From the IMG/VR virus record IMGVR_UViG_3300028805_000105: a DNA stretch of 64,000 bases. The stretch is one strand, 5' to 3'. A program made the translations under genes and the position numbers. Of the stretch, positions 45,516-55,500 are shown one piece after another (position 1 is the stretch's first letter; every line of letters starts with the position of its first letter). Origin of the DNA: an uncultured virus (IMG/VR IMGVR_UViG_3300028805_000105) (taxonomy: Duplodnaviria > Heunggongvirae > Uroviricota > Caudoviricetes). The notes under the pieces are model-generated. The model had not been told where the DNA came from and did not search any database. It was given only the letters and a program-made list of their open reading frames with translations.

Positions 45516-45657
45516 TTTCGGTGACAGGATTCGAACCTGCAAAGCATCTGTCTTGAACTTCTTTCCGCTGAGTTTCGTTCTTGTTCGCATACCCCGTACT
45601 TGAAGAGATTTTACCAAGTTGCCGTGTTGTTTTACCAGTTGATTAAACTACACCGAA
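45516..45657 (-). ncRNA. tRNA-like RNA B (acceptor, D and T arms; anticodon/variable region replaced by 88 nt)
   Basis: TTCGGTG/CACCGAA, TA, GTTT-AATCAACTGGTA-AAAC, GCAGG-TTCGAAT-CCTGT. Confidence 0.7.
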
Positions 45658-45853
45658 ATCATAAAAATAAAAGGTGCATCTTCTCCGAGGGGGCAGCAGC
45701 CCTTGTCTCTCCGCTTTGTTGCGTTCATCACTGATGCCTTCCGTAAGCTAAGCAGGGGTTTCACCTGCTTCCATCTTCTCGACATTGCCGGGTTTCACGG
45801 CTGGGCTTGCTATGTGTTTGCGGTCAAGCCAGCTCCGCTGTATCATCATGGTG

Positions 45854-46039
45854 TCAGGCTTCCCTGACGACAGTGATCGTTCTCGTTTCCTTGTCTATCG
45901 CCGTACGGTAGGTCCTGTTCATCAGCAGGCCGACCTCGTAGGCGTAGGTGCGGATAACCGCGAAGCGTTCGATGGGGAAGGAAGCCGTCTCTCCGACTTC
46001 CATCTTCTTAATTTCGTCCTTTGTGGTTTCCTTTTCCAT
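45854..46039 (-). CDS. Cro-like small DNA-binding protein
   Basis: 61 aa, divergent from the repressor; first gene of the leftward operon. Confidence 0.6.
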   Translation of the reverse strand: MEKETTKDEIKKMEVGETASFPIERFAVIRTYAYEVGLLMNRTYRTAIDKETRTITVVREA

Positions 46040-46048
46040 GATTATTTC

Positions 46049-46091
46049 TATCTTTGCGGTTGATTGATTAAGAATTGATGCCGCAAAGGTA
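46049..46091. promoter_or_regulatory. Face-to-face -7 promoter boxes of the genetic switch
   Basis: TATCTTTGC on plus (46049) and TACCTTTGC on minus (46083-46091). Confidence 0.55.
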
Positions 46092-46174
46092 CAACTAATT
46101 TTGTTACCTGCAATAAAAAAGTTGTGAAAATCACAATAAAAAGTGAATTTAGAATAAATCTAAATAACTATATT

Positions 46175-46543
46175 ATGAAAAATGCTGTTACACAAAGAGT
46201 TATCGAGGTGTTAGAAAGTAAAAATATAACACAAAACGCGCTTGCTGACAAGTTAGGAATGTATCAGCAGACTATCAGCAAGCAATTAAGAGAAGACGGA
46301 AGTGGTGTATCACTCACAACTGTAGTTGGGATGCTTGAATTGTTTCCCGACCTATCCGCAGAATGGCTTTTGCGGGGAGAGGGGAGCATGGAGAAGGGCG
46401 CGAAGGCGTTGCAGGTGCAATTTGGAAACGTTCTAAACAACACGCTTGTGCAGACCATCGACAGCCTGAACACAACGATAGCGATGCTTAAAGAGCGTCT
46501 TCAAGCCTACGAACAGCCCAAAAAAGTGTCGGGTGCCGTGTAA
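46175..46543 (+). CDS. CI-like XRE HTH repressor
   Basis: TQNALADKLGMYQQTIS, FPDLSAEWLLRGEGSM. Confidence 0.82.
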   Translation: MKNAVTQRVIEVLESKNITQNALADKLGMYQQTISKQLREDGSGVSLTTVVGMLELFPDLSAEWLLRGEGSMEKGAKALQVQFGNVLNNTLVQTIDSLNTTIAMLKERLQAYEQPKKVSGAV

Positions 46544-46587
46544 TCAACCTAAACGAATGGAAACTAACTCATTAAAATTATAGCATT

Positions 46588-47010
46588 ATGAAAGAATTGA
46601 AAGTAGTTGGCCAAGTGCTGGCCGCAATCGTTTACACCTGTATCTTCACGGGTTTGTTGTACTTGATAACGGTTTTGCCGTTGGCATGGTTCTTAACGCT
46701 GCATCCAGTCGTCTTGATACTTGTACTTGTTTTTCTTGGCGGCTTCCTGCAAATTGTGGTTTTCGGATTGCAAACTCTTCTGATGTTGCCGTATGCGTGG
46801 ATCGTAAAGAACAATGTGGTCGCCTTGGTGATTTCAGTCGGGCTTATGGCTTTCAACATCATTCGGAATGGTGTCGCCGTATGGCAAAGCATGTTAGGGC
46901 AGGGCAAATCTGCAATCGTCATCGCTGTGATAATATCAATCATGCTTGCCGAGGCATTGATAATGTCTGTCGTTAGCGTGATTTCAACATATTCAGATAG
47001 TAAGGAGTGA
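46588..47010 (+). CDS. 4-TM membrane protein (possible exclusion/lysogeny accessory)
   Basis: 140 aa, hydrophobic; in the lysogeny module. Confidence 0.65.
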   Translation: MKELKVVGQVLAAIVYTCIFTGLLYLITVLPLAWFLTLHPVVLILVLVFLGGFLQIVVFGLQTLLMLPYAWIVKNNVVALVISVGLMAFNIIRNGVAVWQSMLGQGKSAIVIAVIISIMLAEALIMSVVSVISTYSDSKE

Positions 47011-47031
47011 TGATGAAGAAAGTGCTCGCCA

Positions 47032-47245
47032 GGGGGAATTTTGCGGTAAACCGAAAAAGAAAAATCCATAACTGACTGGTTTTCAGATATGGATTTTGTC
47101 ATTTAGTGACCCGGCTGGGACGAAAGAATGAAAAAAGAACATAATCAGATGAAAAACAAAATATTTGATAATCACAACAATAGTTTTAATTCACTTTCAT
47201 ACGATTTAATTTGTTTTCGTAACCACGGGGGAAATTGGGGGAATT
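47032..47245. other. Putative attP with tRNA 3'-end core
   Basis: 47106-47120 minus reads TCCCAGCCGGGTCAC (tRNA T-stem/acceptor end), followed by a hairpin AAAATCCATA/TATGGATTTT; GGGGGAA(A)TT repeats on both sides; next to the integrase. Confidence 0.7.
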
Positions 47246-47276
47246 ATCCTATCTTTGCCCCACAAATCAATCAGCC

Positions 47277-48626
47277 ATGAAATTAGTTTATCGTCTGTCA
47301 AAGAAAGCAAGGAAAATATCGGAACACATCACCGTCTATGAAGTGATGGCGAGGTGGCACACAGGGAGCATAGACCAATACGCGAAGACGGGAGTGTTCG
47401 TGCCCGTTTCGTTCACCGACAACAACGGCAACAAGAAAGTCACTTGGGCTAAAGGCTTCGTGGTCGTCCCCAAGTTGAGTTATGCCGATGATGAGCAGGC
47501 CAAGTTGCGGAATTTGCTCATGGAGGCCAAAAACAGGCTCACAGAGATTGACAACGCTGTCGGGAGGGCCGCAGATAAGTTGATGATGGAAAAGGCCGCA
47601 CCGCCCAAGGGATGGCTTCAGAGCGTCATTGACGGATGCTTTGATGATGGCGACACGGGCGAACCAGCCGCAGAAGAGCATCATACAAGCCGCGTCCTGT
47701 TGCTTGAAGCCTACAACAACTATCTGACCAGCGACAACCTTCAACTGACAGAAGGCACATTGAAGCATTACAGGACAATCCTGTACACGCTGGAAAGGTA
47801 CGAAGCGAAGAAGAAGGTGAGGCTGTACCTTGACGACATCACGCCCCACACGCTGCACGAACTATCCAAGTTCATAAAGGATGAGCAGCCAGGCAAGCGG
47901 AGCGACAACTACATCATAACGCTGATGAGGAAGTTCCGCACCTTCATACGCTGGGCTAACGGCCTATCCAAGTCGTGGCCTATTGATCCATTGACGCATA
48001 ACAACCCGTTCGACCGCTATTCCATCGGCTCGGAGCAGTACGGGACACCTTTCTACATCACAATAGAGGAGCGCAACAAGTTGGCGGCGGCTCAACTGCC
48101 AGCGAGATTGTCCGTCCAGCGTGACATCTTCGTTTTCCAGTGCCTCATCGGTTGCAGGATAGGCGACCTTTGGGCGATGACAAAGGACAACATCATAAAC
48201 GGAGCGGTCGAATATATCCCGCGCAAGACCATAGAGGACAGGCCGCTGACCGTCCGCGTACCTCTCAATAAGCAGGCGCAGGCCATTATAGAGCGGTATA
48301 AAGACAACGGCGACCCGCGATTATTCCCATTTGTCGCGCAGCAGCAATATAATGAGGACATCAAGGAGATGCTCAAACTTGCAGGCATAACGCGCATCGT
48401 CACCATCCTTGACCCTTTGACGAGACAGGAAGTGAAGAAGCCCATAAACGAGGTGGCATCCTCTCACATGGCAAGGCGCACATTTATAGGCAATCTGTAC
48501 AAGCAGGTGAAGGACCCGAACTTGGTTGGCAAGTTGAGCGGCCATGTGGAAGGCAGCAAGGCTTTCGCGAGATACAGGGATATTGATGAGGACATGGCCA
48601 AGGAGTTGGTTTCTCTTTTGGAATAA
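47277..48626 (+). CDS. int: Tyrosine integrase
   Basis: SAM-like domain, GCRIGD, K, SSHMARRTF, SGH...FARY; TATCTTTGC at 47250 supports this start. Confidence 0.93.
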   Translation: MKLVYRLSKKARKISEHITVYEVMARWHTGSIDQYAKTGVFVPVSFTDNNGNKKVTWAKGFVVVPKLSYADDEQAKLRNLLMEAKNRLTEIDNAVGRAADKLMMEKAAPPKGWLQSVIDGCFDDGDTGEPAAEEHHTSRVLLLEAYNNYLTSDNLQLTEGTLKHYRTILYTLERYEAKKKVRLYLDDITPHTLHELSKFIKDEQPGKRSDNYIITLMRKFRTFIRWANGLSKSWPIDPLTHNNPFDRYSIGSEQYGTPFYITIEERNKLAAAQLPARLSVQRDIFVFQCLIGCRIGDLWAMTKDNIINGAVEYIPRKTIEDRPLTVRVPLNKQAQAIIERYKDNGDPRLFPFVAQQQYNEDIKEMLKLAGITRIVTILDPLTRQEVKKPINEVASSHMARRTFIGNLYKQVKDPNLVGKLSGHVEGSKAFARYRDIDEDMAKELVSLLE

Positions 48627-48857
48627 AAAAAAGGCGGCATCCGTCAGGACACCGCCAAAAACCATTTAATTAGTTGCTTAATCGCGCTCGAATATTGCGT
48701 ATTAGTAATACTCCCCATCTTCTTCGAGTGTGTGTAGGTACTTCACTTCGTCAAGTGCTTGCTCCATCGTGGCACAGTCGCATATCTTCTGCCATCCGTC
48801 AGAGCCTTGAAATCTTACATTTACTTCGTACTTCATTTTCTTTGTCCTTTCTATTGA

Positions 48858-49034
48858 TTATAAGTAGTTTTCAACCAATTCGACTATCACGTCCGACTGC
48901 GAGAATCCGCAAGCCTCCGCGTGTTCTCTTATCTTGTCTGTCGTCGATTTCGGCAGCTTGTAGGTCGTCGCCACGCTGCGCCCGTCGCGCTTCAGCGGCC
49001 TGCCGTTTGGGTTGTTGGTGGGTCCTTTGGTCAT
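48858..49034 (-). CDS. Ribbon-helix-helix-like small DNA-binding protein (58 aa, not in ORF track)
   Basis: NNPNGRP...TTYKLPKSTTDKIREHA...SQSDVIVELV. Confidence 0.6.
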   Translation of the reverse strand: MTKGPTNNPNGRPLKRDGRSVATTYKLPKSTTDKIREHAEACGFSQSDVIVELVENYL

Positions 49035-49046
49035 ATTCAGTCCTCC

Positions 49047-49340
49047 TTATCCTTCAATTTCTTCAGCAAGTTCTTTGGTTGCTGCCTTAAAAGCAGCGTC
49101 GCGGGCTTGTTCAAAAGCAGATTCGAAATCCGCTCTTGTATTGTCATTGAGAACGAACTTGTGGGCGATCGTGTCAAGACCTTCGCCAACTTTTTCGTTT
49201 TCCTCATCGTCCCAAATTTCAGTCCATTCATTGAAATAGTCATCCATTTTGCAATCCTCATACCAAACCAGGTGTTCAGCATAATACTCGTTGCTGATTC
49301 CGCGAAGTGCGTTGATTGATTCCTCGATGCAATTCTGCAT
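49047..49340 (-). CDS. Small acidic hypothetical protein
   Basis: 97 aa from MQNCIEE; true start uncertain. Confidence 0.5.
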   Translation of the reverse strand: MQNCIEESINALRGISNEYYAEHLVWYEDCKMDDYFNEWTEIWDDEENEKVGEGLDTIAHKFVLNDNTRADFESAFEQARDAAFKAATKELAEEIEG

Positions 49341-50474
49341 AAAGTCTTTCAGTTCGATGAATTGAAGAGATGTGCGAAAACAGAAAAAGAAAATTTCCCC
49401 CACACCCCCTATAAAAGAAAAAGATAAAAGAAAAAAAAACTTCTTAAGAAGAAATAAAGAAAAGGGGGATTTTTCGATTTTTTTCCTTTTCATCATGTTT
49501 TTGATGATGGCTGGTGGAGTAGGGGCGAATCGACTTTGAAAGCCCTCGCGCGCGTTATATATTATATCTTGACAGACTTCGCGTGTGTAACAGGGGTGTT
49601 TTCCTCTTTGGTGTGTTGTCAAAACATTGGAAATCAAGGATTAAGGATTTTTTGAAGTCTTTTTGAAGCAAAAAAGGCCAAGCCCAACATCTCTCCGAAA
49701 GAGGCGGTTTTGGCTGGGCGCACCTGACCCGACCCCGACCGATGTCCCACGGCTGCATCGTTGACCGATGGCGCAAAAGGCTGAAAATCAACGAGAAAAC
49801 CCCTTTTGAAATATAATCAGTCTTATGTTAAATTGCCCCCGTCATATCCAAAATTTTGGCCGTAACTCATTATCAGTCAGTTATCCCCTCCCCTACCCCA
49901 CCACGATAGGGGAGAAAGGCGAACCAAAGACCACGATTCAAGGATGGCCGCTGGCGTTGGTGGGTTGTTTTGGCTGTGTGTGCGTGTGTTTTGCTGCTGT
50001 CGTGCTGTTGTGGTGGTGTGCTGCGCTCTTCATCGTCCTGTTAGCGTCGGTCGCCTGTCCTCGCTGCCTCGGCTGTCGGCTTAGTGTGGCTCGACGGATA
50101 TTGAACGGATGATGGCAGGGGCATGGCGCATGGGGGCGACCACAAGGATGGGGGTGCGGGGGTGGAACGATACGCGCCCATGTATCGAACATATATATGA
50201 ATCTCTGTGAGACAGCCAAATATATTTTTTTCGGTGGTCAAATAGTGGTCAAATAGTGGTCAAATTCAAATCCATTTGCCCTTTCAGTCACATGTCGTGC
50301 AAATAAAAACGACCTCAAAACCAATGCTTTGCGTTGGACGTGGATTTCCTGCGCAAATAAAAGTCACATAAAAACGGGGATTTATTCGCCTTTTTATCTG
50401 CCCTTTCGGGGAGCGAAGCCCAAGGAGGGGGTGCGCCCTTCCGATTCCAGTACCTTGCCGGGCGCGGCGGGATA

Positions 50475-50732
50475 TTATTTTTTTTGGTATTCAATCTCGT
50501 CCACCATGAGGGCGACGGTATCGCGGAACTCGTCGTCGGCGACGGTGGCGATGGCTCCGTTGGTGAAGCCTTGGTAGAAGAAGAGCTGCGCTATTTCCTC
50601 CCAACCCATCGTGCAGAAGATTTCCTCGCCCATCTCGGCGACGATTCTATTGATGACCTTGTGGTAGTTGTCAGTGGCCCGGATAAGGACTTGCCTTTGG
50701 GTTACGGGGTCGAGGGTTACGAGGTTGCTCAT
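50475..50732 (-). CDS. Hypothetical protein
   Basis: 85 aa downstream of a minus-strand TATCTTTGC (50753-50761). Confidence 0.6.
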   Translation of the reverse strand: MSNLVTLDPVTQRQVLIRATDNYHKVINRIVAEMGEEIFCTMGWEEIAQLFFYQGFTNGAIATVADDEFRDTVALMVDEIEYQKK

Positions 50733-50788
50733 GCTTGGTTTTGTTACGCTGTGCAAAGATAGGCATTTATACGATATGCCGCGATACA

Positions 50789-50837
50789 TTTCTGACTTTT
50801 TACGAAAGCGGTTCCTTGGGCTTTGTGTTATTTCGCA
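50789..50837 (+). promoter_or_regulatory. Putative late promoter 3 (ejection protein operon)
   Basis: TTTCTGACTTTTTACG-N26-TTTCGCA. Confidence 0.8.
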
Positions 50838-50862
50838 CATTCACTATAAAACCCAAACGACA

Positions 50863-51525
50863 ATGGCATTTTTGACAGCGGCAGCGATAGCGACATTGGC
50901 GGCGGCGGCGATTAACGGCGGCATCAGCTTGTATGCCAACCAGCAGTCGCAGCAGGCGATGGAGCGATACAGGAACTCACTTGCGGCGGACAGGGCGAGG
51001 GCGCAACAGAAGGAGGACTACTTGGAGAATGTTGACCCGCTCCACACCAAGAGCGGCAGCGCATTGAGTACCGACATGGCCGAGAAACTTCAGGAGCAGA
51101 ACGAGGCGGCGGCTGGCAGAAATGCCGTGATGGGCGGCAACGGACACAACACGGCGGCCACGAAGGATGTCACTTCCCAACTGATGGGAGCTTATCAAAG
51201 AAGCCTTATCAGGTCGCATGAGGCGAACATTGTGCCGCAGTTGCAATACTTCCGCAGCCAGTACGACAAAGCCAACAGCCTTTTGGAGAAGGCGCAGCAT
51301 GATAAGAGCGTTGCCAACATCAATGCGGCAAGTCAGGCGGCGCAGGGCATGATTAACGGGGTGGCCGCTATGGGGTCGCAGATGGGAACGCCATCGGCAG
51401 ACGGCAACGGAACGCAGCCGGGGGCTGTTATTGATCCATCGAAAGTGTTTGACGCATCGGGCGCGGGTACTCCTGGCTTTGTTGACCCGGCCTATAACGA
51501 CCCATATCCACCGCAATACACTTAA
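50863..51525 (+). CDS. Internal virion/DNA ejection protein
   Basis: Ala/Gly-rich hydrophobic N-terminus followed by a Q/A-rich helix, typical of podovirus ejection proteins. Confidence 0.6.
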   Translation: MAFLTAAAIATLAAAAINGGISLYANQQSQQAMERYRNSLAADRARAQQKEDYLENVDPLHTKSGSALSTDMAEKLQEQNEAAAGRNAVMGGNGHNTAATKDVTSQLMGAYQRSLIRSHEANIVPQLQYFRSQYDKANSLLEKAQHDKSVANINAASQAAQGMINGVAAMGSQMGTPSADGNGTQPGAVIDPSKVFDASGAGTPGFVDPAYNDPYPPQYT

Positions 51526-51537
51526 AACAAACGACCT

Positions 51538-52572
51538 ATGGCAACAAACACCACCATACCACCTGAAGAGAAGAAGGTTGAGATGCCGACATACGACTAT
51601 CAGTCGCCGATGGGAACCTATTACGGTGAGCAGGGCAACGAGCAGGCCGATGTCATGCAGCGCATGATTAACGAGTGGGCGACGCGAACCGACCCGCAGG
51701 CGCAGGCCGAGCAGGATAAGAAGATTCAGCGCGGCAGAGCCATTTGGACGGGTGCCAACCTTTTCGCCAATGTGATTGCCAACGCCATCAACGCAAGCGG
51801 AACGGCCAAGGGTGCGCCCAACATGACCTTCAACGATGCGGCGACGCAGAAGATGTACGACACTTGGCAGACGGCAGACAAAGAACTGAAGGCCGACCGC
51901 AGGGCGGCACAGCAGAGAATTGATGCCTTGCGTTTGCAGGATGCCCAAATGAGGGCCGCAGGTGCCGAGAAGAGAGCGGGCGAGGTGAGGAACGCCAACG
52001 ACATGAACTTCAAGATTGCCTTGGAGCAAGCGCAGCATGAGAGAGGCAGACAGGAAAAAAATGCCGACCAAGAAAGGCAATGGCAACATGATGATGAAGT
52101 TTACCAAAGGAACCTTGAAGACCAGCGTCAGAATGCCACCACCGCCTTCAATCGTCAAGCATATTTGCAGAAACAAGGCTTCGAACATCAGGAGACGCTT
52201 GCAACCCAAAAAGCGCAACAGGCAAAGGGTTACAACAAGGGCACCAAGACCATCCGTATCGGCAACACCGATTTCAGGGCAGAGACCGAAGCCGAGGCAG
52301 ATGCCAACATCGCGCAGGTGTACGGAATGGTGTGGCGGGCGTACAACAGGACGCAAGACAACCTGCACCAGCAGCCGTTTGAGAGCAAGCCCGAAAGCGA
52401 ATACAGCTTCATCAATGCCCATATCAACCAACTGATGGCAAGCGACCCGCAGTTCAAGAGTGAATACGAGACCTTTGTAAGAGACCATCAGCGTTCAATC
52501 AATACCAATAACCCGTCAAGCGGTCAGCCGCCAGCGCAGGGACAGCAAGGCGGAGGCGGTTTCCAACTTTAA
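51538..52572 (+). CDS. Internal virion/ejection protein
   Basis: 344 aa, Q/A/R-rich coiled coil; between ejection-like gene and giant protein. Confidence 0.55.
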   Translation: MATNTTIPPEEKKVEMPTYDYQSPMGTYYGEQGNEQADVMQRMINEWATRTDPQAQAEQDKKIQRGRAIWTGANLFANVIANAINASGTAKGAPNMTFNDAATQKMYDTWQTADKELKADRRAAQQRIDALRLQDAQMRAAGAEKRAGEVRNANDMNFKIALEQAQHERGRQEKNADQERQWQHDDEVYQRNLEDQRQNATTAFNRQAYLQKQGFEHQETLATQKAQQAKGYNKGTKTIRIGNTDFRAETEAEADANIAQVYGMVWRAYNRTQDNLHQQPFESKPESEYSFINAHINQLMASDPQFKSEYETFVRDHQRSINTNNPSSGQPPAQGQQGGGGFQL

Positions 52573-52587
52573 TAAATCAAGTCGAAA

Positions 52588-55500
52588 ATGGAAGATAACC
52601 TCAGAAGCATATACGACAAACTCGTCAGTTCAGGCAGCACAGGAACCTATGATGAGTTTGTTTCCTTCTTCAATGAGAACGACCAAAACAAGAGAAGCGT
52701 CTATGACAAGTTGCTGACATTGGGCAGCAAGGGAACATACGACGAGTTTCTTACATACGCCGGTGCCGGGCAGCAGCCAGCCACCGAGCGTGTCGATGTC
52801 TCCGATGTGGAGGCGGCACAGCAGCCGCAGGCTCCGGCGATGGAATCGCCTGACAATGGGACGGAACAGGCCGCTATACCCACGGTGACGATGGAGGAGG
52901 CAGACAAGATTGCGCAGCAGCCTTTGTATGACATCCCGACGGAACTGACGGAGGAAAACTACCTGAATGTACAGCAGAGGGCGAAGGACTTGAAGGAGAA
53001 ACGGCGCAGGATTGAGGCACAACTGGAAGCTGACACGGAGATGGAACCGCTCACCGTTTCGCAAAAGCAGGAACTGGAACGCCAGTTGAGGGGCATCGAC
53101 GACGAGATGAAGGGCCTTGGCGGCTTCATCGACGAATGGAGCAAGACCGAAGGCAGCAAGGCGTACCTTGAGAAGCAGAAGCAGACCGTCAATTCCATTG
53201 ACGAGAGGATTAACGAGAAATACAGGGGAGGCTTCATGGGCTTCCTTGACAGGCTCGGCGCGGGAATGGTGAACGACCCTTACGCCATGTACCCGAAGGA
53301 AAACGGCGCATTGGTGAAGGACATGCTTTCCGAGAACCACGAGCAATACCAACTGAAAGCCGCAAAGAACGAGGTGCGCAACGCCAAGAAGCAGTTGCAA
53401 CTTGAAGATATGCGGCAAAACGGCGAGTTGAAGGGATTGGCTTTCATCCGTGGACTGGAAACCGCCAACTATTACGAACTTCTTCCTGTTGAAGGACTGA
53501 CAGATGCAGCCGCGATGCTTGAACTGAAAAAGGCTATCGCCGAGGGCAGGGAACTCACGGAAACCGAACAACTATTGTATGACGCAATGGAAGCGAGGGC
53601 AGGTGTGGATTTCGCCTACGAGGACAACAACACCATGTGGGAACGGTTGGGAAAGACCGCACCCGAGCAACTGATGTTCACATTGCAGTTCGTCATCGGT
53701 GGCGGACTGACCGGGGCCACGGAGGCAGGCGAGCGCATAGCCGCGAAGGAGGCGCAGAAAGCCGCCATCAGGTACGCCAAGAAGGGCGTGAACAGCGGCG
53801 CGAGAAGATTTATCGGCGGCACGGTGATTCCCAAACTTGAAGGCATGGCCGTGTCATCGACCATACAAACCTTTGCCAACCCGCTTTCTTTGGCGAACAT
53901 GGCAGAGGATTTTGAGCGCAGGTACGCTGGTGACATCTATTATGACAACGATGGCAACCTGCATGTGTTCGACAATGACCGTAGCGCAGGGCAAGCTGCA
54001 TATCAGGCCATTGCATCGGCGTGGATTGAGAATTTCACCGAGTATTCGGGTCAGAACATCACAAAGAGTATAAGACTTGCAGACGGCAAGATGTTTGACC
54101 TTGCTGGAAAGTTCGACAATGTGATGAAGAATGTCGGCGGCGGCAGGATTAAAGATGTTTTCACCGTTCCTCAGAAACTTAGCCACCTGACGCAGATAGG
54201 TTCAGCCCCCGAAGAGTTCCTCGAAGAGGAGCTTGGCAGCGTGATGAACGCCTTGTTTGCCACCGATGCCCAGCGCGGGGAATCATACGGCGACGCTTTC
54301 AAGCGCACCGTCAGCCAGTCGTTCAGCGGTGAGCAGCAGCTTGAAACACTGTTGAGCGTCACCATCACCAGCACCTTGCTCGGTGGTGGCGGCAACGCCG
54401 TGAACGCCGTGGGCAACGCTGGCTACCGCAGGGAGGCGAACAGGGAAGTCGAGCGTTCCAAGGCCTTGCTTGGCAAGGTTCACGGCATCGACATCGCCGA
54501 ACTTGACAACCAAATTGAAAACGGTCAAATCAGCGACATCTCCTCGTACCTGAAGGAACAGTCGGACGCAAACGGCTGGAGCCAAGACGAACAGGGTGCA
54601 GCCGTCAACTATGTCCTGAACAGGGCGCGTCAGATTGGCATGAAGCACCATGACGACACAGCCATTGAGGAAGCCCAAGCCGAGATGCGCAAGCAGGCCG
54701 AAGACATGGCCAACCGATGGGACGGCAATATCTATAACGCCACTTGGAAGGACAACGAAGGCAACGAGCAACCCGTCACCATCATCAACGGCAGAATACA
54801 TTATACCACCCGTGAAAACGGCACCATCCATTTCAATCCCTACACATCAAGTGGCATGATTGCCATAAGGCTTGCGGATGGAACGAAGAAGCAGGTGCCG
54901 TCGAGAACCATAACAGGCATCCAGTCCGTCATGTCCGTTGACGAGCAACTTGAAGCCCAAGGCCAGACCATCCCGCAGATGATGCAGGCCCAGTTTGAGC
55001 AGGAAGGCATGGTTGTCCCAACGGTGGAAAGCGTGTTTGGTGGCAACTTAGTTCCTAATGTGACAACATTTGAGGATGGATTATATACCTACCTTGGGCA
55101 GGATGCCGATGGAAGATATGCTTTCTTGAACGACCATTATGGTAAGGATAGCGACAAGGCAATAATGTATCTGACAGAAAGACAATTGATTGAATACGGT
55201 CTTTCGCTCAACATACAGTCGGCCAATGAGGATTCAAGGCGCAAGGCGCAAGAGGACTTGGATTTCATGCAGCAGCTTGACGAGTTGGCAGCCGAGGCCA
55301 CCGACAGCCAGCAATGGGACGTGGTGAAAGCCTTTGCCGCCCGCAAGGTACAATTCGACGAAAATGGTGGGATGGTTGCCGACGGCAGCAACGTTGGTGC
55401 AGCGGCCACTTACTTGTTGGCCGTGTCGGACGGCTCGTTTGAGAACGCCATTGCCAGCGTTGACGAAGCCGTGGCCGCAATGACAGTTGGTCAGCAACAA

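Noticed and set aside
47106..47120. Full tRNA gene or prophage boundary with host DNA
   Set aside because: Only the 3' 15 nt are present, and both flanks are phage genes
48678..48836. Small minus-strand ORF MKYEVNV... with an internal TAA
   Set aside because: Too short and ambiguous (44 aa, or an interrupted 52 codons) to call confidently
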